From contig PDIP01000021.1 of the NCBI GenBank assembly GCA_002811645.1, positions 124,001 to 188,000 of the forward strand: a DNA stretch of 64,000 nt, in the 5' to 3' direction. Numbering within the stretch: the first letter of the stretch is position 1; each line of letters begins with the position of its first letter. The notes beneath the pieces were generated by a model. That model did not search any database, was not told the origin of the DNA, and worked only from the letters and a program-made list of their open reading frames with translations. The translations under genes were made by a program, and so were the position numbers. This DNA is from Corallochytrium limacisporum Hawaii (taxonomy: Eukaryota; Protista; Pluriformea). Of this stretch, positions 42,614 to 53,190 are shown in pieces.

Positions 42614-43270
42614 CCGCGACATCTACTTGCATTCGTAAACAACACCGTATGCCTTTCATCAAACATAGCGTAATACAATAGACCATCGTAAGCTTCATGT
42701 CCATGATTGTCGACCTTAAAATCGCGTGGATGACGTGCGTGGCTAAGGCGCATCTAGCAAAGGCGCCTCTCGTCCTCCCCGCGCCCTCCCTGCGCAGTTC
42801 AAGCCCATCCTTCCGCAACGGTGGCAGAACTGACCCGTCTCTCTGAGATCTTCTTTGTCCGCCCTCTCTCGCGGTGCTCCGACTCCTAAATACTCATTTG
42901 CCTTTGGAACCGATCCCTCCCCTCCGCCCTCCACTCCCCCTTTTTTCTCTTTCTCTCTTTCTCTCTCGTCTATGGTTTTTTTTCCACACATTGGCATAAT
43001 GTCCAAGTGGCGTGTTTTATTTTTAGCAACAGAGGCCCACCTACGGAAATCAGTGACTACCGATAGGCATCGTCCATCCAATGCCTGAAGGAGCTGAGGG
43101 AGGTATAATTCGTAATTGAGATTGACGACATGATCTGGTACTTGGTGTACCGGTCGGATTATATTTGTGCACTCTAAAGACAGCCAGATATTCACCCCGG
43201 CCGGAACCAAGTGTTATAAACGCCATGCATTGAACCAAGGTAAGAGAACCCCATCGAAATAGTACTCAAA

Positions 43271-43837
43271 ATGCATAGACACAGAGTTGGTATGTTCCAC
43301 GGCCATATGGGCCCACGTAGGCCGGATCAAAGCCTAAATTTTCTCAGCAACAATAATATGGCCGTTGCTCACGGTCAGATGGTACCTTGTGTTGCCCTCG
43401 TGGGTGCAGCCAGCCCAATTGCGTATAATCTACTAGGAATCCTCCTGTCTACCAGTGGACCGGCGTTCCAATTGGTGCTGTGCGACCCCTTCGCTCAGCG
43501 TAGTGAGCTCCAGGCTATCGCTGCAGAAGCATCAGATCTCTACAGTGAGCGCATGCGGGGAATTTCAATACATCAGGACCCAATCGCCTTGTCGCAGTTT
43601 GCGGATGTCATTATCTGCATCCACGGACGAGTCACAGAAGACATTTTGCAGCACTGCCTTCAGAGCAGGAACACACGGGCAAGAATTATTACCCTCGAAC
43701 ATGCAGGCATGTTGCCTATGGGAGTACACCAAGCAACTAATGTAGTTATTGTTCCACCAGGTCGCAGTGATCTTGCCCGTCTTCACAACGCACATGAAGT
43801 AATTGAACAAAGCTTGGTTCAGCCGATAGGGGTGTAA
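43271..43837 (+). CDS. Short protein comprising only an MDH1/MDH1B-like NAD-binding (Rossmann) domain
   Basis: VALVGAASPIAYNLL..LVLCD..ELQAIAAEASDL..MRGISI..ADVII aligns with the MDH1 (VTGAAGQIAYSLL) and MDH1B N-domain. No catalytic C-terminal domain follows. Confidence 0.6.
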   Translation: MHRHRVGMFHGHMGPRRPDQSLNFLSNNNMAVAHGQMVPCVALVGAASPIAYNLLGILLSTSGPAFQLVLCDPFAQRSELQAIAAEASDLYSERMRGISIHQDPIALSQFADVIICIHGRVTEDILQHCLQSRNTRARIITLEHAGMLPMGVHQATNVVIVPPGRSDLARLHNAHEVIEQSLVQPIGV

Positions 43838-43930
43838 CGCTTCGATTGTATGGTAAAAAAATATATATATCATGGTATGAACACGTTTAGTCATGAATAT
43901 GCAACAATTGTACGAAGGCCCAGAATGCAC

Positions 43931-44554
43931 TTACTGGTACTCCTCATCCTCCACCTCTTCTTCCTCTTCTTCCTCCTCCAGGGCATCCTCGGGGATGCTG
44001 TAAAAGCGTAGAATTCCTTTGTTGGGATCCTTAAGAAGCAGGTATTTGCCCTCTTCGTACTTCATGCACATATCAACGATGGCACGCAGGATACCCCAGC
44101 AGTTGTTGAACTTCAAATTGATCTGTTCAGCAAACTCCTTGGGCTTCCACGACTGAGTGCCAAGAATAACATGTGACCGATTGTCATTTGGGTTGACACG
44201 GCTGACATAGCCCAGCTTTAGCTGGTCAGCTCCACTCAGAAGGGCACCAATGGTCCAGCGGGCCAGCTTGTTAGAGTTGTTCTTTAGCTCAGTGGCCAAA
44301 ACGGCACCCTTCTGAGAATCGATTTTCTGACGCCAGTCCATGCCGCCAAGCTTAGGATCGAATTCGTTCAGGGCCTTAATACTCAGGAACTGAGGCTCGC
44401 CGCCAGATCCAGGGATGAAGCCGTCAACCTCTGTGCGAGCAATCAGGTCAACACCATCACCAAGATCCCACTTTCGGTACCGATACCCAACAGAGGCCAG
44501 TTCATCGTCCTCTTCGGCAAAGATGTTGGATTCGTCAAAGCTGTGGATACCATC
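43931..44554 (-). CDS. EIF3D: Translation initiation factor eIF3 subunit D, exon 2
   Basis: [37 protein letters not shown] and LLKDPNK. Begins after acceptor CAG; the ORF-track extension to 44686 is intronic. Confidence 0.95.
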   Translation of the reverse strand, partial: DGIHSFDESNIFAEEDDELASVGYRYRKWDLGDGVDLIARTEVDGFIPGSGGEPQFLSIKALNEFDPKLGGMDWRQKIDSQKGAVLATELKNNSNKLARWTIGALLSGADQLKLGYVSRVNPNDNRSHVILGTQSWKPKEFAEQINLKFNNCWGILRAIVDMCMKYEEGKYLLLKDPNKGILRFYSIPEDALEEEEEEEEVEDEEYQ

Positions 44555-44823
44555 CTGTGTTTGAAACAGTGAAATGAAGAAAACAAAATCAAGAATGTTA
44601 GTCATCCCAATCGAGGAATTACGGAGAGGAAAGATACGAGATAGGAAGAACTGTGTCACGACTGGAGGTGAAAAGAGGTTCCACATCAGGTGTAGAAAAA
44701 TTACAAAGATTTCCGCATGGTATTATCGGTTGTCCCTATTCTACGATAACGTTCATCACCTTGGCCACCCAATACTCCCAATCACTGAACCGTTCTGCGT
44801 CTCGCTCAGTTTACAGTACTTAC
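44555..44823 (-). other. 269-nt U2-type spliceosomal intron in eIF3d
   Basis: Donor CAG|GTAAGTA, branch point TGACTAAC (44604-44597), pyrimidine tract and acceptor ACAG. Removing it joins NFSQQVLKQ to [12 protein letters not shown] in frame, colinear with eIF3d. Confidence 0.93.
44681..44764 (-). ncRNA. Intronic box C/D snoRNA, snR64/SNORD74(U74)-like
   Basis: Box C GTGATGA (44759-44753), guide ATAGGGACA (44739-44731) before D' box CCGA (44729-44726), C'-like ATGCGGA, box D CTGA (44689-44686) and a short CCA/TGG terminal stem. The guide is complementary to conserved LSU rRNA UGUCCCUAU. Confidence 0.8.
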
Positions 44824-45795
44824 CTGTTTAAGAACCTGTTGAGAAAAGTTCTGGTTGATGTAGGTAGCCTCCACAGCAAGCTTGGCGAAAGAGTTCACGC
44901 CGTCGTTCTCGTCGGTGGGTTGGTCGTAGGCGGTCTCGTTAACTGTGATATAGTCGAACATACTGTTATCACGTTTGTCAAAGAAGACCTTGTTGTCGCG
45001 GCGGCGAACTACCAGATCCCAACTGTTTACACTGCGGGGGCAAGCCATGATGGCAGCCAGAATAGCGTCTGTTGCAAAGACACGTGCAATCCCAGCGCTA
45101 GCGAGATCGCGAAGGTTGGCGTCATCACTAGTGGTGACCTTGTGGAAGACTCGATTGTATTCTCGGAGCTTGACCTCGTTCTTGGTCGTAACACGGTCGT
45201 AAGCCTTGTTGTAAACATCGATACTACCCATGCTAGTCACCTCTTCAGGCTCTGAGACATCCAGATTGAGTTTACCCAGGCGACTGAATTCGATTTCCTC
45301 GAGCATTTTCCATTCTGGTTTGACATCCACACTTGCCTCACGAGGCTTCTGCGGCTCACGCCACTTGCTACGATAGCCGCCATAGCCACGCTTTCCACCA
45401 CGATCAAGTTTCTGCATACCACGTCCACCATAACCGCGATCCTGAGCACCACCACGGCCACGACCACGACCGCGACCGCGTCCGCGGAATCGAGATCCAA
45501 ACTTGGGTGCACTGCGGGTGTCAACCAACTGGAACTCAGAGTCATCATCTGCATAAGCATAGGAGAAGACACCAGTGCCGGCTCCGTACTGTGTATGGCG
45601 ATTCCATCCCGCGCGACCACCGTACTGTGCACCGTACCAATCGGCAACCCGTCCGAGGCGGTCAGCCTTGCTGAACTGTTGGTAAGGCACATCCGCGAAG
45701 ACATCAGGCAATTTCGTGGGTCCCCATCCCTGTTCGTTTTCGGGCGTGACAGGCAGCTCAAAAATAGGCTTGCCGTCCTGATTCATACCGGGCAT
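44824..45795 (-). CDS. EIF3D: Translation initiation factor eIF3 subunit D, exon 1
   Basis: GWGP, PYQQFSKADRLGRVADW, FHKVTTSDD, ATDAIL, RSVNSWD and EATYINQNFSQQVL. First ATG is at 45795. Confidence 0.95.
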
Positions 45796-46591
45796 TCTTA
45801 CTACTTCTACTAGAAACGAAGGCCCTTCCCTTGGCAATACACAATATTAAACAACGAATAACTACCAGATCATAAATATATCCTTAAATACCACTATATT
45901 CCTGTGATACGTCATGTCAGAATACGACAACAGATTCACACTCTCAGTATTCTGTGGTCGCTGTATTTCAGGCGACTCTTTGTAAATTAACATTTTGCAA
46001 GCTTACAGAACCGCGTTTCCACATATGTCTGCTTTCCATGGCTCAGGTTTGTAGCAAGTGGCTCAAGCGCGAAGCTAGACCAACTGTTGGTAACACCTTC
46101 CGCCTGCTGGCTCCGGCCCCCTTTCGCACACCGCGTGGTGTGCACCATCCCCAGTTATCTGCCCAGGCTTGTCATACTCTGAAGCCCGGTGTGCCTGCCG
46201 TGGAAGGTTGAGACCACTAGTCACACTCCGTACATTCACTATAGAAATAGAGATTTCGTAGCCTCCTTAGCGGTGCGAGAAACGAAAAACACTGCGGTGG
46301 GGCCGTCCTCGCCCTGGCTACATTCACTACAGGGCTTTTTCCATAACCTGGCAGCCAGTCACATGCCTTCACCTGTTTTGGTGGAGCAGGGGCAAAAGGT
46401 AGCTTGTAGAAAATATTGATTCACAGTAAGAGACCGACCGGGAAGGCGTCTTTGGGCGCTGAGACCTGGAGTGATCGCTAACCAGGCTACTGTTGCATTG
46501 GCATCCACCATCTGCAGGTCATATGCATGGGTTTATCTTCTACATGAAGGAAGGTGTTTTATTTGAAACCTGTACTTGTTGTTGCGAGGGC

Positions 46592-47170
46592 CTATTCCTG
46601 GGCTTGCTGCACCTGCTTCTGCTGTTCTCCATCACCACGGGTTTGTCCACCGCGTCCGCCACGGCCTCCCCGTCCTCCACGGTCACCACCACGTCCACGG
46701 TCACTACCGCGTCCACGACCACGTCCAGAGTAAGGACGATCGCCGCCTCCACGACCACGACCTGAGTAAGGACGGTCACCGCCACCACGGCCACCCTGGT
46801 ACCCACCTCGGCCACCTCGGCCGCCACGTCCTTGGTAGTCTCCGCGACCCCGGTATCCACCACGGCCTCCGTACCCACCGCGCTCAGCAGCGCGTGCTGC
46901 CCGCATCTCTGCTGCTTTTTCTTCTGCCTGCTGAGCGACACCAAGGGTTTCATCGGGAACACGCAAATACTTAATGTTGTTACCACGAATCATGCACTCT
47001 GGAAGACGCCAGAAGCGATCGCCGTCCTTTGAGGTACAGATCACTTCACGCAACACAATATTCATCCAATTGTCACATGCTGCCAAATGACCATTGTATG
47101 TTTCGCCATTCTTTAATTCTACGAGCATGGGATGCCCTTGTGCGGAACGAAGGATTGAAAGCGGAAGCAT
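46592..47170 (-). CDS. LSM4: U6 snRNA-associated Sm-like protein LSm4
   Basis: [43 protein letters not shown] plus an RGG-rich tail. Confidence 0.98.
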   Translation of the reverse strand: MLPLSILRSAQGHPMLVELKNGETYNGHLAACDNWMNIVLREVICTSKDGDRFWRLPECMIRGNNIKYLRVPDETLGVAQQAEEKAAEMRAARAAERGGYGGRGGYRGRGDYQGRGGRGGRGGYQGGRGGGDRPYSGRGRGGGDRPYSGRGRGRGSDRGRGGDRGGRGGRGGRGGQTRGDGEQQKQVQQAQE

Positions 47171-47524
47171 TTCTATACGTGTGTATACAGGTTTATGCTG
47201 TTGTTCCTATTCCAAGCTATGTCTCAGATCATAGTGTCACCTCCGGTTGCCTATATGTCTCGGATTAGTTGTACACTGCAGTATTAACGAGCACAGTCCG
47301 TTTCCCATTCTCAAATAGCCACCTTCTGTTACATCGTGTGTGGTTGTTTTGTTGCAAGAAGCAATTTCCCTACCTCCGGCTCCGATTAATACAGATGGTG
47401 TTGTACGCATGGAATGACCAAGGTGCTCCCTCTCCGTGCCGCCGTTGCCTTACTGAAAGTACTACAGGACTGTGTGGTTAGGTACATTCACTACAGAAAG
47501 ACCCGTGTGGAAGGGGGGAGGCGG

Positions 47525-47532
47525 GCGCGAAA
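47525..47532 (-). promoter_or_regulatory. E2F-type site TTTCGCGC upstream of the CENP-K-like gene
   Basis: GCGCGAAA on the + strand, about 155 bp upstream of ATG 47688. Confidence 0.55.
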
Positions 47533-47687
47533 ACCTCAAAAGTAAGAACTACAGAGGTACCTTGAGACCCTTCGCGGCCTGTCGGTACTTAAGGAGCTAT
47601 AGTGGTCACAGCTTCCAACTCAGACCCGAATCATGTTAGGGATGGCCTTTGTGGGACGGACGAGTTGGTTCCAGAACAAACGAAACA

Positions 47688-48680
47688 ATGGAGAGCCGAA
47701 AAAGAAAGCGCAGTGGCGCACATCGTGTCGAGAGCATTGCTATCGAGGCCAAAGCTATACTAAGCGGTCTGGAAGACCATAGTTCCAAAAAAGAAATTAG
47801 CATCCAGGCCAAAAGAATAGGGTCTGGTTCTAGCCTGCAGAATCCTAAGCGCCCACACATGGACGAGTCAGAATTGTTCTATAATTACGGTCCGAAGTTT
47901 CACAAGTTCTTGACCGAACTTGAGGACGATCTAGTGGTGACTAGTGCTGCTCTAAAAGCCAGAAAAGCAGAAAATAACACCTACAACAAATCGACCATTG
48001 GAATACTAAATGGTTCAAGATCTCTTAAGAATATGAAATTAAATCTTGACACCATGGTGTACAGTGAAGTTGCTGAGGCTCTGGAAAGAGGAAGCAAAGA
48101 TCGACTACACGAAGATATGATGCCACCAATCGTCGCCTCGCAACTATCTGCCAACTGTTCAGACTCAGACGATGTCAAAATGTCAGATACCCTACTCAGG
48201 GAGGTGCGAAGGGCCACCAATGCAGACCATGCCAACCTCGACGAGATCCGAACATTGTCTGTTCTCCTTGATGACCACATTCAGGCATGTCTAATTCAGG
48301 ATGGGCAACTCGTCAAGGAGATTGCAACGGAAGGACGTAAGACTTCCTCGGTGCTGGTCCGCGAGGTACGAGAGCAAGAAACGAAGTTGATGAAAGAGAG
48401 TGTTGATCTCATGCGAGCGATTCATACGATAATTCAGACTTACAACGAAACATCTGGAGTCGATACCAAGTCTCCACTGGCGCTCAAGATCCTTCAACGT
48501 GCCATCAACCCAGTGCTCGAGGGAGTGAAACGCGGGAACGGGCACGAAGATGTAGTCGATGTCAGGGAACTGACGTCATCGGGACTGTCTCGGGTTGACA
48601 ATATTTTGCTGCTTCGTGGTGTAACAGAAACCTGCGATGACGATCCGATGAAGCAGCGGTTATCCCTGACATTCGGTTGA
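47688..48680 (+). CDS. CENPK: Probable divergent centromere protein K (CENP-K/Sim4/Mcm22 family)
   Basis: Coiled coil ending LKILQRAIN..VDV..DNILLLRGVTETCDDDPMKQRL, matching the CENP-K end (LHEMLEILIN..YVKI..VELLLRNGIALRHPEDPTRIRL). First ATG is at 47688. Confidence 0.6.
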   Translation: MESRKRKRSGAHRVESIAIEAKAILSGLEDHSSKKEISIQAKRIGSGSSLQNPKRPHMDESELFYNYGPKFHKFLTELEDDLVVTSAALKARKAENNTYNKSTIGILNGSRSLKNMKLNLDTMVYSEVAEALERGSKDRLHEDMMPPIVASQLSANCSDSDDVKMSDTLLREVRRATNADHANLDEIRTLSVLLDDHIQACLIQDGQLVKEIATEGRKTSSVLVREVREQETKLMKESVDLMRAIHTIIQTYNETSGVDTKSPLALKILQRAINPVLEGVKRGNGHEDVVDVRELTSSGLSRVDNILLLRGVTETCDDDPMKQRLSLTFG

Positions 48681-51600
48681 TATTAAAAATGATCTAGCTA
48701 AGAGTCTTTAGTACATTTGCTGAATGTTGTTGGTAGGGTACTTGCAGCACATGGAATGTTTTAAGTGCTAAAAATCTCAATGTTCTTGCCATGGTCAGTG
48801 ACTTCGTCGTCTCGGGTTTGGTACGCTGGTGTCAATATCAAGGATTTCCACAGATAACATTCCATTCATTGCTATTGGAGCCCAGTCATTGTTCGGGCCT
48901 TCCAACCGAATATGCTACTATCCGTGTCTCTTGACCCGTGGCCATTCCAGTACATACACAAGACCTGCCATCTCGAGCCACCTTCCCATCCCGAAATGTT
49001 CCGGGGCTGTGGTCCAGCGCTCCCACATCCACCTACCGACCGCGCAACGAACGGTAAAACCTTTGGGTGGGAACGGGGGAGACGAAGGATAGCGCAGAGA
49101 CGAATTCCTAAGGACGACCGAAACGATGTATAAGATGGCACGGGTGGGCTGGAACAGGTCCCAATAGTATGCAAATATGTTTAGAATCTAGAAATATATT
49201 TAATCTTTCAAAAAGGGGGGGGGGCTCTTTTGGCAGTTGGAGAGTTGCGATTGAATGCACACTTCATGCTCCTCACCGATGTGTGCAGAATTTTAAAACT
49301 GTTACGCGAGTGACCCCCTATACTTTCGTACCAGATACCAGGATCGGAGAGGCTCCCAGATGGAGCGATCGTGCGTGAGAAGTGGTTGTGTGTTGAATCG
49401 TTTGACCCCCACGCCCAAGCTGCCTCTGCCGATGAATGTGTTTGAGCACATGGGAGTAAGGTACTGTCCGCTGTAAGGCATTCAATTCGTTGTCCATGTA
49501 ACTCTAAGAAAGACAAAAGAGGAAGGCCAATGACGATGCACAGGAAGAAGACACAGAGTGCGATTCTGACCTCACCGGGGGACCCGTCATACTGTCCGGG
49601 TGATTGTCGAATGTGAGCTAGTTGCTTTCCCTTGCCACTCAGGTCTGAATCTATTTCCCACACATCTGGAATCGTTAGCGCCCATCCAAGCAGATCTACC
49701 TTATTGCTCACGGTGGAGCTACTGCCTCGGAATGATAGACAAAATGGAATGGTTCAATTCGAATCACGGACGGCTCCTTTCCAGACGACCCAGAACCATG
49801 TCTCCCCTGTGACTTTCGTCACGAACTGGGTGGTGGGTAGGGAAGTTCCACCAAAAGAGATGGAGCGACTGACTTCGATCGAATGCCGGGGTCGAAGGGA
49901 TATGTCTGCTGGCGTAGGAGTGACTTTCTGGAAATGAGATCTATGAATTTTATATGGGAATTCTCAGCTATACCTGGCAGCAGTCAGCCGTGTGAAAGAA
50001 TTGGAGTCTCGATGAAGCCAGTGGTTTTACCAAAAGAAAAACTCCCCAAATAGAAAGTATTAGCAAAATGGGCGCGCAGCTTTCTGAATCCCCCCGGTGA
50101 GCCACTGTTGGATCTTTTTATAACAGTTAGTTGCCCCACAGTGGTGTTACTCTTGATCATGTGCCAAGGTTTGGCCTCGGTTCCGAGTTTTGTGAAGGGC
50201 TACTGAAAGACTGCAAATCTCCGCTCTAGAGACTCTCTGTGTTGGAGCGACCCAGAACACTGGGGATGTAAGTAACGAAGTACCCTCTGTCGACGGAACA
50301 GGGAAACACCCCGCTCTAGTGAAGAGTGGAGGCACAATTTCGCTTGCCTTATGCACTGGGGAAATACCATGGAGTAGAATCAAATCACCTAAGACATAGT
50401 ATTTGGACGTTGTCGTTTGGTGTATACATGTTGCCGAGCGGGAACGGAGCCGGTACTCTACGGGTGAATTCTGGTTCCTTTTGCCCTGTATACTCAACAT
50501 GCACAAGCATCCAACTGGTCATCTGAAGGCGCGGCAGGACAATTTGTTTCTAACGTGATTTCCCTGGCATCCGCACTTTGGTCGGGGGATGCGCAGTTGC
50601 GTCTGATTGGCCACAAAATTTGTAGTGGCGACGCAATTCCAATTCCAATACCTAACAGATTTTCGCAACCCTGTCCCTAATCCTCAAAAATGCAAACTCT
50701 ATAGCATCCCTCTCTCGTCAACTCTTTGCACACTGACACATCACCACCAATGCATTGAAATCGAATTCGTGTCAGCTACAAACACAGTCTCATGTTTACA
50801 TGAGCATGCGCTACGCCGCTATCCGACCCCGCCTTGTTGAGGGTGTCAAAGGAGAGTCTCTTAGGGTGTAGAGAACTTTGACAATGCCTAAGTACCTCAG
50901 ACGAGAGGTAGACCCACCGGGTAGTACTTTACATATTGCTTTGCCGACACCAATTTTTCTTTCCTTTTCTGTTGCGTGCCAAGTACACCTAGAGATCGAA
51001 ATCAGTGCGTGACTTGCAGCAAACCCGCAATTGATCAACACCGGCAGAAGGGAGAAAAGGCACCTTAGTGATCGAAGCCTGCTCGACCATTGGAAAGCGC
51101 ATTTGATGAGCCAGATTGGTGGCGGAACGATCAGGCGTGGATGCCCTGCGGGGGGCTCAGCTCACCGATATCCGCAAAGCCAGTAACTACTGAGTGGAAT
51201 ATCTTCAGAGACACAACGCTGCTTCCCCCCCTCCTTTCCAATTATCATCCGATGTAACTCGCAATTTATGAAGAAGCTATACATGCGCGGGTTGCTCAGC
51301 TTCCCACCGGAGCCTAAGCAATCTGAGCAAGGGGAAGGTTCCTGGTCCAGGGACTGGACAGTGGTGAATCTGACCTTGTCGCTGACAAGATGACCTCCAC
51401 AGCCACCATCTTCCGTAATTCCGTCAGTGTCATGCTTTGACTGCTATTGACTACCGAGCATCACCCGTGAGGCAGCCCCGGATGCCTTCCCCCCTCCTGC
51501 GTCCCTGCTTGCGCTGCCCGCTTCCCCCCCCCCTTTTCCCTTTCCCTACCCCCCCCCCTACTTTCTCTTCTTTACCATTCCCTTTTTTGTGAGTTGCGTC

Positions 51601-52101
51601 TCTTATCACAGTCGCAACTTGGTTTCCTTGCGTTTGAGAGGGCTTCCGTTTTTCCTCTGACCCTTCTGTCTCGAATCCTGATTGCACGGCCCATACTTTG
51701 TTCCCCCCGTTCCTCTAGCGAGCCCCACGATCAAAGAAACTTGCTAGACGGAATCGCTCGCGAATTAACCGCCCCCACCGCCCGGGAAAAGAGGGGAAAC
51801 TAATATTGGGCACGGCAAAGGAATGCGTACACGGCGATGAGAAAGACTTGAGGCCTACAATGCTTCCTGAGGGAACACTGGAGTGACAATGTCTTATTGT
51901 GCTTGTGGACAGTAGAAGCTTGCAGCTTTCCATTGGATTAACAAGAGGGAGCATGTACCAAGGCACTACGTGGAAGAAGGCACAACGCGACAACACAGAG
52001 GAATCGATGGTATAAGAACAACCTTTGAAAACTTCTAGAAGGCTAATCATTATTGTGAGAACAATGGCAACCATATAGAATACATTCAATGTAAGAATGT
52101 T

Positions 52102-53190
52102 ATGAAAGTGAAACCTGTAACCATGAAACTGTCACGAGCAGTTGATGAAATCTTTAAAAGCTGTGTTGGCCAGATCCGGTCCAGCGTAGGCGCAGACGAT
52201 ACGCCGTGCAATGGCTTTGAATGGACCGTTGTACTTGTACAATCCGTCTTCATAGCGTTTGGGCTGACGAGCCTACGCGATGGAGAGGCAGATTTAAACC
52301 AGTACCTGAACCTTAGAAACAAAGGGTTCGCCACTATCAAACTTACACACCCGAAACTCGGAAAAGCGGCCATTGAGAACGAACTGGTGTGCGAGATCCG
52401 GTTAACGAAAGACACTCATGGAATCCACATGTGGGCTAAGAGTTTCGCAACACGGAAATCAGACGAGAAACAGCCAACTCAAATTGAACGAGCCGACTCT
52501 GTGCGCTATCATCTGAGCTGCCGCAATGTGCTCCGAGACGATGCAGGGCCTTTGCGCCATATCCAGGAGAAGGGTGCCACTGCACTTTTCCGGGATGCTG
52601 GTGGTATTGAGCAGTCCATCAAAGACACAATTTGCATGCCGCTGTCTCTAGTTGCAGCTGACTGTTGTAATACAAAGTATCTTGCAAGTCTTCGTGACTT
52701 GCCTGTTGAAGCAAAGCTGCAGGTCCTCGCCAAACTCGACGTAGCATCGCTGGTCGAAATGAGTCGGGTCAATCGGGAGTTTAGAGCAGCTGCCAAAGAT
52801 GAAAGGCTTTGGTATCGGATGTATTTTATGGTTTTCTTGCAGGACAAGATTCTTCCCTTCGATGCCATGAAGTCTTGGAGGTCTGCATTTACAAGCAGAT
52901 GGACAGAACTAAGCCGACGGGATCGCAGCAAACGTCTGCGTCGCTATCCCAGTCGCCGATCACCACCGCCTCTCGGTGTGACCCAACTGTTCCAGCGGCC
53001 ACCAATGGCACAAGGTCCTTTCGCGCAGCCCCACTATCCTCCGCCTCATCCCACCATGATGCAGGTCGATCCCCGTCATCAGAGGCCTTCACAATTTGGC
53101 ACAGTCCCCGCTGCTTGGAGCAAAGCTGGTAGCAGTAACGTCCGTGGTCCTCAAGGTCGTGTTTACGGTTTCATGCCTCCGCCGATGTAG
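52102..53190 (+). CDS. FBXO7: FBXO7-like F-box protein (FP domain, F-box, Pro-rich tail)
   Basis: IKDTICMPL..SLRDLPVEAKLQVLAKLDVASLVEMSRVNREFRAAAKDERLW matches FBXO7 ([36 protein letters not shown]). An FP-like helix lies upstream and a Pro-rich tail downstream. Confidence 0.75.
   Translation: MKVKPVTMKLSRAVDEIFKSCVGQIRSSVGADDTPCNGFEWTVVLVQSVFIAFGLTSLRDGEADLNQYLNLRNKGFATIKLTHPKLGKAAIENELVCEIRLTKDTHGIHMWAKSFATRKSDEKQPTQIERADSVRYHLSCRNVLRDDAGPLRHIQEKGATALFRDAGGIEQSIKDTICMPLSLVAADCCNTKYLASLRDLPVEAKLQVLAKLDVASLVEMSRVNREFRAAAKDERLWYRMYFMVFLQDKILPFDAMKSWRSAFTSRWTELSRRDRSKRLRRYPSRRSPPPLGVTQLFQRPPMAQGPFAQPHYPPPHPTMMQVDPRHQRPSQFGTVPAAWSKAGSSNVRGPQGRVYGFMPPPM

Noticed and set aside
44555-44686. ORF-track N-terminal extension of the second eIF3d ORF, or the reading of eIF3d as two genes or a frameshifted pseudogene
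   Set aside because: It is fully explained by the canonical intron at 44555-44823.
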